Below, piece by piece: positions 8,100 to 17,183 of a stretch of 64,000 bases of DNA (the stretch's first letter is position 1; every line of letters starts with the position of its first letter). The notes under the pieces are model-generated. The model searched no databases, was not told the DNA's origin, and saw nothing but the letters and a program-made list of their open reading frames with translations. The DNA is taken from positions 186,001 to 250,000 of the IMG/VR virus record IMGVR_UViG_3300033233_000001; one strand, given 5' to 3'. The position numbers and the translations under genes are program-made.

Positions 8100-8443
8100 A
8101 GGGCTTCGCCTCCGGCTGCGTAACGCAGCGCCTCTCGCTTCTCTGCGAGACGCGCGGAGATGATCCTCGTTCTGGTCACGGATTCCCGCTCCGCATGAAC
8201 CACGTACAGAACGCGCGCAGCGTTGGACATGCCGATGACCACGAACCGCTCGTCGTCCTCATGAGGATCTTTCAGAGTCATCGCGCGATCATCATCGAAT
8301 GCCGTCGTGGCCTCCTCGAAGGTCACGCCGTGCTTCTTCAGGTTCGCCGCGGCCTTCTGAGGATCCCACTCGTATTCCTCGTGCTCCCCGTAGACCACCG
8401 TCTCCGTGGCAACGTTCTTACGCGACGTTCTCTTCTTTCTCAT
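8096..8443 (-). CDS. brnT: BrnT-family toxin with N-terminal basic tag
   Basis: YEWDPQKAAANLKKHGVTFEEA..AF.D...RIISAR; starts MRKKRTSRKN. Confidence 0.9.
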   Translation of the reverse strand: MRKKRTSRKNVATETVVYGEHEEYEWDPQKAAANLKKHGVTFEEATTAFDDDRAMTLKDPHEDDERFVVIGMSNAARVLYVVHAERESVTRTRIISARLAEKREALRYAAGGEAL

Positions 8444-8451
8444 GCCACCGC

Positions 8452-8480
8452 AACATACGCGCAAAGCGCTAGCACGTCAA
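8452..8480 (-). promoter_or_regulatory. sigma70-type promoter for brnT-HTH (near-leaderless)
   Basis: TTGACG-N17-TATGTT; ATG 8 nt after the -10. Confidence 0.7.
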
Positions 8481-8526
8481 GAGCCTTTTTTTCGGCGAGG
8501 CGCGCTACGAGCTTACGCGGACTAGA

Positions 8527-8883
8527 TCAGGACAGGTCTTTCGGATGCGGCGCAGCAGGCGGATGGAGATTGCCGCACTCCTCGCACGTGAACGGATCTG
8601 CCGACTCCAGTTCGAGTAGCGCCGCCTCGAACGCGGTCTCGACCGCGAAGTGGGTCTTCTCGACATCGCTGGCCTCGCGCGCCAGCCCTGACGTCGAAAC
8701 CAGCGAGTGGAGGCGCGCTTCGGCTGCGCGATATCGTGCCGCAGCCGCTTCCTTCCGCAGGTGCTCGTAGACGTAGCATCTGGCTTCCCACGGGAGCGTC
8801 TCCCAGAAGACGACGCTCGGATCGTCCTCGTCCAACAGATCGGCCGGCGGCGCGCCTGAATCGCCCTTCTTCTTCTCGCTCAC
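8527..8883 (-). CDS. Hypothetical protein with C-terminal CxxC
   Basis: Coupled ORF. Confidence 0.7.
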   Translation of the reverse strand: MSEKKKGDSGAPPADLLDEDDPSVVFWETLPWEARCYVYEHLRKEAAAARYRAAEARLHSLVSTSGLAREASDVEKTHFAVETAFEAALLELESADPFTCEECGNLHPPAAPHPKDLS

Positions 8884-9347
8884 GCGGACCTCGCTTTCTT
8901 CGCTACCATCTTCTTGAGCTTTCGCTGCGTCTTCGCGTCACCGACACGCAGCCCTGCGACTTCGAGCGTCGGCCTGTGCTTACGATAGCTGTTGTAGCAC
9001 GTCCCGCGTACTCGAAACCGGAACGGACCTTCCTTGCCACCCATGCGCGTGAACCAGTCTGGCTCGACCCAGCCGATCTTCACCGCAAGCGCCAGGGCCC
9101 GTTTCGGACTGACGCCGTAGAGGTCGAGCAACGCGCGACGAAGCGCGTCGTACGCGTCGCGACGCTGCCTGTCGTGGGCCATGTACAAGGCCGGCGCGGC
9201 CTCGCGGGCGAACGCCTCGTCCGGGCCAGCGGCCTCGTCGAACGCGCAGGCAACCGCGTGCAGCCGTACGACCGCCGCCTGGAGGTCGACGACTCGCAGT
9301 GCGCCGCGGAGCTTGCGCTTGATGGGCTTCATGACGTCGGCGTACAT
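8880..9347 (-). CDS. Hypothetical protein
   Basis: Coupled ORF. Confidence 0.65.
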   Translation of the reverse strand: MYADVMKPIKRKLRGALRVVDLQAAVVRLHAVACAFDEAAGPDEAFAREAAPALYMAHDRQRRDAYDALRRALLDLYGVSPKRALALAVKIGWVEPDWFTRMGGKEGPFRFRVRGTCYNSYRKHRPTLEVAGLRVGDAKTQRKLKKMVAKKARSA

Positions 9348-9796
9348 GCCGGACCGTGGCCGGCGTCCTCGTCATCTTTCGGCTCGCCGCACCACCTGCA
9401 CAGGCCGTGGCTATCTTGCTGGAACTCGTGATGGAAGGCGCCGCACTCGTCGCACTTCTCCGTGTCCCACTCGCCGTCGAGATCGTCCTTGTCGCCCATG
9501 CGCGACGAGGTCCCGTTCTGGGCGGCCCGTGCGAGCCGCTCCAGCGCCTCCGACCGCGTGTGCGCTGCCTCTACGGGTGTCACGCGCATGCCCATGCCGC
9601 CGAATGCGCCGAATACCGCCCCGAGTGCCTCGTCGGCGGTCCGCTTGGCCTCGCTCTCGATGAGCAGTTCGCCAGTCAGGTACGCCAGCACTTGGTCGCG
9701 CGTCAGCGGCCCCGTCTCGTACTTGTCGACGACGGTGTTCCAGACACGAAAGAGCAGCTGACCGTCGCGGCGCCGAGCATGTACGAACGTGGCCAT
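9329..9796 (-). CDS. Hypothetical protein with C-terminal Cys/His cluster
   Basis: ATG at 9796 after GGAG; CDEC..HH...CRWC. Confidence 0.65.
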   Translation of the reverse strand: MATFVHARRRDGQLLFRVWNTVVDKYETGPLTRDQVLAYLTGELLIESEAKRTADEALGAVFGAFGGMGMRVTPVEAAHTRSEALERLARAAQNGTSSRMGDKDDLDGEWDTEKCDECGAFHHEFQQDSHGLCRWCGEPKDDEDAGHGPACTPTS

Positions 9797-9878
9797 AACT
9801 TCCTTCTCCGCGATGACCGCGATGCCAACCGCACCGCGCGTAGCGGGAGTGTGTCGCAAGCTCTCGGCTACGTCAAGA

Positions 9879-10499
9879 TCAACGACGACGAATACGACGA
9901 CCTGCCACCGGACGGCTGCCACGCGCGCGTCGCTCACGGAACTTGACCAACAGCGCATCCCAGCGCGCTGTGTCTTCGCCGTCTTCCGAGTCGATGCTAG
10001 CGACCATTTCGCGGACGGCATCGGGATCAAAAATACCGCGTGTATACAGCTGCTTCAGGTCGTACTCGTCATCCTCGCGGTCCGACATGAACTTCATCAT
10101 GGCGAGCAGGTTCGGCTCGACGACATTGAGTTTGTCGCCGCCCTTGACGATCGGCAGCCTCATCGGAAACTCGGCCGCACTCAAGTCTGGCTCCCCAGCG
10201 TGGAACATCAGATCGATGCGTACGTCGGGGTCGCCGCCATGTTCCGGAAGCATCATGAAGTAGTGGAACGGTCTCATCGCTTCGCCGACCTCGTAACCGG
10301 CTGCGCGCAGCGCCTGTAGAACCTTATGACGGCCCTCTTCGGTGATGAAGACGTCTACATCTTCCGTGAATCTAGCGTACCCATGCGCGGCCATCGCCAG
10401 GGCACCGCCGATGGCGTAGTCGACGCCAAGCGGATCGATCACGTCACGCTCGACCGCCAGAAGATCGTTCACGCGCGGATCTGCCTTCACGCCTGCCAT
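9879..10499 (-). CDS. Nucleotidyltransferase (AbiEii/MNT-like)
   Basis: YAIGGALAMAAHGYARFTEDVDVF motif; K....R..D..D helix. Confidence 0.85.
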   Translation of the reverse strand: MAGVKADPRVNDLLAVERDVIDPLGVDYAIGGALAMAAHGYARFTEDVDVFITEEGRHKVLQALRAAGYEVGEAMRPFHYFMMLPEHGGDPDVRIDLMFHAGEPDLSAAEFPMRLPIVKGGDKLNVVEPNLLAMMKFMSDREDDEYDLKQLYTRGIFDPDAVREMVASIDSEDGEDTARWDALLVKFRERRARGSRPVAGRRIRRR

Positions 10500-10522
10500 G
10501 TCATCACCATCCCGTTGGAGCG

Positions 10523-10551
10523 AGTATGTCGCAAGCTCGGCCGGCTGTCAA
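10523..10551 (-). promoter_or_regulatory. sigma70-type promoter
   Basis: TTGACA-N17-CATACT upstream of 10499. Confidence 0.7.
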
Positions 10552-10784
10552 CCGAGCGGGAAGCGCTTTGCGAGCCGCGACGCGATGAACGGATAGGCGG
10601 CGAGCACTTCGGCCTCGGCCGCCTCGTACGTCGTCGCCGACGCCATGAAGACGAGCGCCGTATCATCGTCGCCGTGCGTGTGCGTCGGCGACCACGGCGG
10701 CTCTCGACAGAGCCGGACGCCGCGTACGTGCAGGCGATCGCCCTTCTCGCCGCCGAGGAACACGATGAGGTAGCAGGTGATCAC
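10548..10784 (-). CDS. Hypothetical protein
   Basis: GTG start near the upstream stop. Confidence 0.5.
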   Translation of the reverse strand: MITCYLIVFLGGEKGDRLHVRGVRLCREPPWSPTHTHGDDDTALVFMASATTYEAAEAEVLAAYPFIASRLAKRFPLG

Positions 10785-10788
10785 GCCG

Positions 10789-11145
10789 TCACGCGTCCGG
10801 CCATTCATGCCGCAAAGTCGTCGCCATGACGAGGAGCGCCATAGCCCGGCCATGGGCGGCCCTGTCGTCATCCGTCATCGGTCGGACCGTATACGCTGTA
10901 AAACGACTGATCGACGGATAGTGGCGGAGCACGACGGTGTCCGGCACGCGCGCCGGTCGACGAGTCAGGTCTCGTTCGCACACGTTGCACAAAAAGAATG
11001 TCGGCGGCTCGTCCGGATCGAAGTGCCGCCGCAGCACAGCACGTCTCACGTCCATCGTGTCCGCGCAACCGGCGCACGTCAGCGTAGTTTGAGGCCCCTT
11101 TCGCTTCGGTCTGCGGCGTCTGATGCGCAGAGTAACGTCAGGCAT
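10789..11145 (-). CDS. Zn-finger hypothetical protein
   Basis: CAGC...CNVC. Confidence 0.6.
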   Translation of the reverse strand: MPDVTLRIRRRRPKRKGPQTTLTCAGCADTMDVRRAVLRRHFDPDEPPTFFLCNVCERDLTRRPARVPDTVVLRHYPSISRFTAYTVRPMTDDDRAAHGRAMALLVMATTLRHEWPDA

Positions 11146-11847
11146 TTATCGACTCCGTCGCTTTCTTGGACGCGACGTCCGCTTGACCGGTCGCGGCAGA
11201 CGAGCCTGGACGAGGGCGAGCGACTGCCGCAGGTCGTCGACGTCAGGATCGCGTGTCTTGAGCGCCCACGCGATCGCGGCAGCGAGCACGGACGCGTCGA
11301 CGTGCTCGGCTGTCTGCTCGATCGCGGCGTGATCCTTTGCTCTGTCGGCCTTCGCCTTCACGAGCAGCACGCCACCAAGCGGCGCGACCGGGATGACAGT
11401 GTCTTCGAGCTTCCGCATTGCAGCCGACTCGATCATCCGCTTCTCTACTGGATGTTGCGCCGCGAGAATTTCCACCGTGAGCCCGAGCGGATTGCGCAGC
11501 GGAATCAGTCGGCGCTGTTGACGAACGACGAACAGCACCTTGTCGTCCATCGTGTGCTCTTCCGGCCTTTTCGCGATCTTGTAGTTGCCGTAACGGTCCG
11601 CCTTCAACGGCGTCCAGTCGAAGTCGTCGACCAGCTTCTCCGCAATGGCGAGCAGATCTGAAGCGGGCACCATGGCATCCAGATCGAGGGTATGTCGCGG
11701 CACGCCGTACGCACGAAGCGCTTGACCACCAATGAGTGCCCAGTGGATATCCATCGCATCGAGAGCACGCCGCAAGTCTTGCAGAGCAAGAGTCACGGCC
11801 GCCGGGCTCGGCGGCTCAGACGCGTCGCTGGTGTTTCTGCGGACCAT
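11146..11847 (-). CDS. Second AbiEii/MNT-like nucleotidyltransferase with C-terminal basic tag
   Basis: WALIGGQALRAYGVPRHTLDLDA; ends PVKRTSRPRKRRSR. Confidence 0.82.
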   Translation of the reverse strand: MVRRNTSDASEPPSPAAVTLALQDLRRALDAMDIHWALIGGQALRAYGVPRHTLDLDAMVPASDLLAIAEKLVDDFDWTPLKADRYGNYKIAKRPEEHTMDDKVLFVVRQQRRLIPLRNPLGLTVEILAAQHPVEKRMIESAAMRKLEDTVIPVAPLGGVLLVKAKADRAKDHAAIEQTAEHVDASVLAAAIAWALKTRDPDVDDLRQSLALVQARLPRPVKRTSRPRKRRSR

Positions 11848-11853
11848 CGTTAG

Positions 11854-11883
11854 ATGATATCATGTATCCAACGCGTCTGTCAA
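11854..11883 (-). promoter_or_regulatory. sigma70-type promoter (extended -10)
   Basis: TTGACA-N18-TATCAT with TGn. Confidence 0.65.
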
Positions 11884-11890
11884 GTGCGAT

Positions 11891-14854
11891 TTACGCGGTC
11901 GGCTCGCGGTGCGCAATCGCCCACTCGACGACGTACTTCTGCGCCTCGGCCACGGTCGGCAGCGTCTTACTCGGCGGGCCGCCTTCGTACGTGTACGCGT
12001 AGCCCGTGCCATCGCGTTCCTTCTCAACCTTCACGTCGAGCGGGCCGGCGCGGCCACTGCCCTCGCCCTGCGTCACGCGCCAGTCAGACGGATTGAGTCT
12101 CCACGTGTTCTCGTACGGAATCCACACAAGATTATCGCCGTACCGACGGTGGATGCCGTGCTCTTTCTCGTACTCGCCGATCGCGCCTGGCGTCATGTCC
12201 TGGAGCTTGTTGTACGGGCCGTAGCCGTAACCGCCGACGTCGGCACGCATGACCTCTTCACCACGCTGCCCGACGTAGCCGGTGCGCAGTGTGTACCAGT
12301 ACGCGTTTCCTGTGTCGATCGCCTTCGGACCCTTGATCCAAGTGTAGACGCCGACATCGCTCGGCGCCTCGATGCGCGCCCGCGGGTCAGCCGGCAGACT
12401 CGCCCACGCAAGACTGGCAAGCTCACGCGCCTGCTCATCCGTGACGTCGCGAAGCACACCGGTCGCCAGCAGCGCGTCATGGAGTTTCAGGGCGGTCTTC
12501 GGCTTCATGACGAACTCGGCACGCTTCGGCGGATGCCGGCGGAAGTCCGTCAGTGATTCGAGCGGGTTGATGTAGTGGCGTTCAAGGTCAGCGGCCACTC
12601 GCTCTGGAGTCGCCTTGCCGCCCTCGATGTCACGCATCCCGCTCCACGTGAAGCCGTCCCACGCTTGCAGTGCGTACGCGACGCGTCCGACCACGACATC
12701 CCACGGCACCTCGGCCTTCTCGATCTGCCCTGCTTTACGCGCTGCGCCCTCCTCGCGCGCCTGGACGTTCACGGCCTTCAAGATCTTCTTCGCCGCGGCC
12801 TTCATGCCGAAGGCGATCTTGATGTTCTCCGTCAGCGCATACGCGTACGCCTGGTCATGCAGGCCGTAGCCCTGCATGTGCGTCACTTCGTGGATGACCG
12901 ACGCGCAGAGTTCTTCGAGATCGCGCTCGCTCCCGAGATCGAAGTGGTCACCCTCTTCCTCGTACTTGAAGTCGCCGAGCGCCTTGAGCTTGATCGGATT
13001 CAGGAGCAGCCAATCGACACCGCCGTGGCTCAACGAACCAGCGCCTACGACCAACTCCTTGCCCTCCGGGTCCGTCTCGGTGTCGAACACCCAGCCAACG
13101 CCGAACGGCTTGAACATGCCCAGCTGGATGAGCGCGTACTTGCTGAGTTCCGCCCAGAGCCGGACGAGCCGCAGATACTTCGGCTGCATCGTCGCAGGGT
13201 CGAGCTTCTTCGGGACCTTGTAGCCCGGCAACGTCTGCTCGATCAGGAAGTCCGGCTTCCACGCCGCCATGCGGATGGCGCCCGCGACCTGCTCGACCTT
13301 CATGAGTTCAACGCCGCCGAGAACAGCGCGCACGGCTTCCACGTGCGGGCTCAGGTCGACTTCCGCCGCTCCAGAGCCAGAGGCCGACGCGAAGCTGCCG
13401 CGCTCTTTGGCCTCGGTGACGATCCGAATCGCAGTATCGAGCACTAGCTCGTTGATCGAGAAGCTCCTGCCGGCCTTCTTCGGCTGCATCTCGGTGACGT
13501 CGAACTTCTCCAGCGTCTTGGCGGCAACTTCGGCGGCGATACCCTCGCGAGCGTCGAGCGCGCCAGTGCCCTCGATAACGCGGCGGAAGCACGCCTCTTT
13601 CGCACGCTGCGCCTTGAGCGCAGACATCGGGTCAACAGACAGCTTCTTCACGAACTGCTTGACCGTGTCGCGGGCGCTCGATTCCCAGGAGAGAGCATCG
13701 CGCTTCTTCGTGAAGACCGAGCGTGGCGGAGCTTTGATGTCGACGTAGACGACACCCTTGAAGCCGCCCTTGCCGTCCTCGTTGCCAGACTCCTCGAACA
13801 TGAAGACGCCGTTGCCGCGGATGTAGACGCCGTGGCGGCGCGCGCGCGGCTGATGCCAGATCTCCATCGACCCGATCTCGCGCCGGTCGCTGAGCACGAT
13901 AGGGACGTCCGCGATCTTCGTTCCGCCCCGCAGGTCGGCGTCTACGCGCTTGCCGTTGACTGTCGTAACGATGCCAGGAAGGTAGCTGCGTTCGAGGATC
14001 GACATCGCGAACTCCGGCGATGTCGTCCGGTTCATGGGCATCCAGACCTTGACCTCCGTGCCCTGGATGGACTTCTGCCCGCCCTCGATGCCGGGCATGA
14101 ACAGGTCTTCGTGCCGACCACGTGCGACGAGGTCTCGCGTGCGCACCTCGTAGCCGAGCCACGGCGTCAGGATGAGTTCCTTCGCGTCGCCGAAGCCACC
14201 GACAGAACCCGCCTCCTTCACGGAGCCGCCACGCGTGAAGAACGCGGCCTTCAGCGTCGCCTCGTCCATACCAGTACCGTTGTCGCGCGCGATGACGACC
14301 ATCGCAGGCGTGCTCTCGTTCGTGTCGGGGTCGGTGAATGTCCCGGCTTCGCACGTCCAGTCGAAACGCGTAGCGCGCGCGTCACGCGAGTTCTGCGCGA
14401 CCTCGCGCCACCAAGCGAGTTCCCATTTGTCGTACGACTCGATGCGCCGTGCGTAGTAGTCGCCGGTCGTGCCCCAGCCGATCGTCGGCGGGTTCTCGCG
14501 GAGACGGTAGTACTCCTCTTCGGTCATCTCGCCGGAGAGGCCGAGCGCGGCGCTCGGCACACGCGGTTCCGAGAGCACCTCGAAGTGGTAGACGCTACCC
14601 TCGACGAAGAAGGTCTCCTCGCCGGGCATGACCAACGGGTGCCATTCGAGTGCCTTCGCGACGCCGTAGGCCTGCTGCCCGGTAGTAGTGTAGTAGGCGC
14701 CCGGCTTGCCGAGCAGAGCGCTTATGTCGCTGATGACCTCGATGAACGTCGGGTCGTTCGGGCGCGCCTCGTTGCCGACGAGCTTCGGGTTCCCGCGGAG
14801 GCGCGCGCGGCGAGAGGTACGCTTGGCCGGACGTGATGTTCGCTTCATGGTCAT
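11891..14854 (-). CDS. 987-aa GHKL (HATPase_c) ATPase with downstream HExxH motif and N-terminal basic tag
   Basis: REVAQNSRDA, DNGTGM, GGFGDAK, GTEV boxes; SVIHEVTHMQGYGLHD; starts MTMKRTSRPAKRTSRR..GNP. Confidence 0.85.
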   Translation of the reverse strand: MTMKRTSRPAKRTSRRARLRGNPKLVGNEARPNDPTFIEVISDISALLGKPGAYYTTTGQQAYGVAKALEWHPLVMPGEETFFVEGSVYHFEVLSEPRVPSAALGLSGEMTEEEYYRLRENPPTIGWGTTGDYYARRIESYDKWELAWWREVAQNSRDARATRFDWTCEAGTFTDPDTNESTPAMVVIARDNGTGMDEATLKAAFFTRGGSVKEAGSVGGFGDAKELILTPWLGYEVRTRDLVARGRHEDLFMPGIEGGQKSIQGTEVKVWMPMNRTTSPEFAMSILERSYLPGIVTTVNGKRVDADLRGGTKIADVPIVLSDRREIGSMEIWHQPRARRHGVYIRGNGVFMFEESGNEDGKGGFKGVVYVDIKAPPRSVFTKKRDALSWESSARDTVKQFVKKLSVDPMSALKAQRAKEACFRRVIEGTGALDAREGIAAEVAAKTLEKFDVTEMQPKKAGRSFSINELVLDTAIRIVTEAKERGSFASASGSGAAEVDLSPHVEAVRAVLGGVELMKVEQVAGAIRMAAWKPDFLIEQTLPGYKVPKKLDPATMQPKYLRLVRLWAELSKYALIQLGMFKPFGVGWVFDTETDPEGKELVVGAGSLSHGGVDWLLLNPIKLKALGDFKYEEEGDHFDLGSERDLEELCASVIHEVTHMQGYGLHDQAYAYALTENIKIAFGMKAAAKKILKAVNVQAREEGAARKAGQIEKAEVPWDVVVGRVAYALQAWDGFTWSGMRDIEGGKATPERVAADLERHYINPLESLTDFRRHPPKRAEFVMKPKTALKLHDALLATGVLRDVTDEQARELASLAWASLPADPRARIEAPSDVGVYTWIKGPKAIDTGNAYWYTLRTGYVGQRGEEVMRADVGGYGYGPYNKLQDMTPGAIGEYEKEHGIHRRYGDNLVWIPYENTWRLNPSDWRVTQGEGSGRAGPLDVKVEKERDGTGYAYTYEGGPPSKTLPTVAEAQKYVVEWAIAHREPTA

Positions 14855-14919
14855 GCTCTGGCCTTTCGCGACGCGCGCCTTTGATTCGTGGGCGACTCTT
14901 TTCTGATCGAGATCTTCAT
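14851..14919 (-). CDS. 22-aa minigene consisting almost only of an Asn plus basic tail
   Basis: AGGAG RBS; MKISIRKESPTNQRRASRKARA; TGA overlaps the 14854 ATG. Confidence 0.4.
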   Translation of the reverse strand: MKISIRKESPTNQRRASRKARA

Positions 14920-15010
14920 CGCACTCTCCTAGCGACGGCGACGGCTGCGCTTCTTCCGGGTGGCTTCTTTGACTCGACGACGAGTGCGAGTGCGAGTGCG
15001 AGTGACTTGT

Positions 15011-15367
15011 TCACGCGTTCTCCAGTCCGAGCGATTTACCCAACTCTTTGACTAGATCTTTCGCGTACTCGATCGCCGCGACGGATGCACCCTTGTGAAC
15101 GCCATCCTCGTACGCCGCCCACAGGCCCTCGGGGTCCTTCGAGTCGTTGATCTCTTTGGCGAAGAACTCGAACGGAGAGAACTGCCGAAAGTTCTCGCTC
15201 TCGTCCGCTGACGCGTCGGCCACCAGTCGATCGATCAGCGAATCGCGGCCGGCCTCCTTTCCACGGACACCCTCTAAGACCCATTCCCTGTAAACGTCGT
15301 CCGCGGAGCCTTTTGCGATTTCGTAGCCGTTCTCGTAGCCCTGCTTGTAGACGTCGCGCTTGTTCAT
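15011..15367 (-). CDS. Hypothetical protein (basic tail continues out of frame to 14929)
   Basis: Native ORF; adjacent frame reads TRTRTRTRRRVKEATRKKRSRRRR*. Confidence 0.7.
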   Translation of the reverse strand: MNKRDVYKQGYENGYEIAKGSADDVYREWVLEGVRGKEAGRDSLIDRLVADASADESENFRQFSPFEFFAKEINDSKDPEGLWAAYEDGVHKGASVAAIEYAKDLVKELGKSLGLENA

Positions 15368-16443
15368 GACGACACTCCAACACAGCTGAAAATCAGGTTC
15401 CGCCCATCCCGTCCATGCAGCGCGAGTCGCCCGGCCCGTACCTTCGCGGTCGCGAACGCCTCACCCTCTTCGCCGACAGCCTGCATGATCCACTTATCGA
15501 CGCCCCAGCCACTCATCATGGAGCACCAGGCGTCCAGCATCCGTGATCCAGAGCCCTTCTTCTTCTCGTGCGCCGAGATGAAGAACAGGACTCCGTACGG
15601 CGGCTCGCCGGCCTTGCGCTTGACGTAGCCGCTGATGTAGCCGTCACCCTTGACGTCGATGGTCGGGATGCCCCAGCGCTCGGCATGCGAGAACGGATCG
15701 ATGCGGCCGGTCATGCCAGTTTCAGTGGGCTTGCCGATGTGGACCTCGCAGACGTCAACCTCGCGCTGCTCGACGAGGATCGTGTACACCACGCCCTGGA
15801 CGTCTTCGTTCCATTCATACCGGCAGCGCTTGTCGAAGAAGCCCGCGAACGGGGGATCGTCGGTGCTGACGATCTCGCCGTCGGCGTAGCTGCCGCCGGC
15901 CTCTAGCTGGGCGAGGCACTGCGCGTAGACCTCGCGCGCACGCTCGTAGAACACATCGCGCTCTGGCGAGGCGCCGCCGGTCAGTGCCCTGATGTACGCC
16001 TCGGGGTCGCGCTGCGCGATGAGCTTGGTGGCCCAGGTCTGCGCCTGCTCTTTCAGTTGCTTTGACGCTTGTCGACTCGCCCGCTTCTGTCGCTGCTCGC
16101 CCCGGGCCTCGCGCTGCCCCAGCAGCTTCGCGAGTTCCACCTCGCGACCGAGCGTGCGGGCCGCCTTCGAGAGCAGGATGTTCGCGGTGTCGATCATCGA
16201 CTGCGACTTCCGGTCCCGCCAGTCGCCGAAAGACTTCTCCTGCTGCTTGAGCATCTGCTTGGAGAAGTGCCAGCGGAGCTTCCCCTCCTCGACGATGAAG
16301 TTCCCCCACGAATCGCGGTGGTAGCCCTTCGCAGACAGCCAAGCCGAGACGACCGGCTTTCCAGAGCCCAGCGTGACCTTCCGGCCGTCCCACGCGCGGA
16401 GGACCGCCTCGGCAACAGCCGTGTCGAGGGTGTCGGAAGACAT
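15364..16443 (-). CDS. Hypothetical protein, possible C-terminal GNAT-like fold
   Basis: KKKGSGSRMLD resembles acetyl-CoA motif A; weak. Confidence 0.6.
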   Translation of the reverse strand: MSSDTLDTAVAEAVLRAWDGRKVTLGSGKPVVSAWLSAKGYHRDSWGNFIVEEGKLRWHFSKQMLKQQEKSFGDWRDRKSQSMIDTANILLSKAARTLGREVELAKLLGQREARGEQRQKRASRQASKQLKEQAQTWATKLIAQRDPEAYIRALTGGASPERDVFYERAREVYAQCLAQLEAGGSYADGEIVSTDDPPFAGFFDKRCRYEWNEDVQGVVYTILVEQREVDVCEVHIGKPTETGMTGRIDPFSHAERWGIPTIDVKGDGYISGYVKRKAGEPPYGVLFFISAHEKKKGSGSRMLDAWCSMMSGWGVDKWIMQAVGEEGEAFATAKVRAGRLALHGRDGRNLIFSCVGVSS

Positions 16444-16492
16444 AGGGCGAGCCTAGCACGCCGGACCGCTCGCGTGCTAGGCTCCCCGGACC

Positions 16493-16774
16493 ATGAAGCG
16501 CAACAGCAGGGCGCCCAAGCGCACGAGCCGCCGGCAGGTGATCGATGTCGTGCTGACCCGTGACCCAGGGTCCGGCTGGTGGATCGGGTCCACGCCGACG
16601 CTCGCTGGGGCGTATGGGCAGGGCCGCACACAGGCCGCTGCGAAGCAGAACCTCATGGAAGCGGTCGAGGACCATCTCGAAACGTATCGCCTGCTCGGCG
16701 AGAAGCCGCCGCTCGTGCGTCGCGTGCACATGGAGCGAGTGGTTCGCAAAGCGTCGAACCGGGTAGTGTCCTAG
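16493..16774 (+). CDS. hicB: HicB-family antitoxin with N-terminal basic tag
   Basis: P.LAGAYGQGRTQAAAKQNLMEAVE..LE; inverted repeat CCTAGCACG/CGTGCTAGG upstream. Confidence 0.85.
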   Translation: MKRNSRAPKRTSRRQVIDVVLTRDPGSGWWIGSTPTLAGAYGQGRTQAAAKQNLMEAVEDHLETYRLLGEKPPLVRRVHMERVVRKASNRVVS

Positions 16775-16882
16775 ATGACTTTCCGTCGCACAAAAAGCCA
16801 ACGAACGCGGGAAGTGCAGCTTCCGCCTGGCCTGTACGACTGGTCGGCCTTCGAGGAGACGGTCCTGCTGCTACCGGGCGTG

Positions 16883-17128
16883 TCAGTTCGGGGCGGGCGC
16901 GGCCGGCTCGGTGTCGTTGAAGGCGCCGCACATCGAGCAGCGAAAGACCGTCCCGCGCACTTGATCCGCGAGCAGGCTCTTCGCGAGCTTGTGCCCACAG
17001 CTACCGCAGACCAGATCGTACGAGCCCTTCCCGACGTAGAACGGCGTGGCGTCCCCGTCGCTCCGCGAAAGCACCGCACGCGTGCCGTCAGGAGGCTGCG
17101 GAATGACGCGTAGCTTCTTCTTCGGCAT
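16883..17128 (-). CDS. Small Zn-ribbon protein
   Basis: CGSC...CSMC. Confidence 0.65.
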   Translation of the reverse strand: MPKKKLRVIPQPPDGTRAVLSRSDGDATPFYVGKGSYDLVCGSCGHKLAKSLLADQVRGTVFRCSMCGAFNDTEPAAPAPN

Positions 17129-17183
17129 CGCTGCCCCGCCTACGATCGACACGAGTTTCTGTCCAACGGAAACTCGTCGCTGT

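Noticed and set aside
16775-17113. ORF after hicB as its HicA partner
   Set aside because: No HicA motifs, and most of it is antisense to the Zn-ribbon gene 16883-17128.
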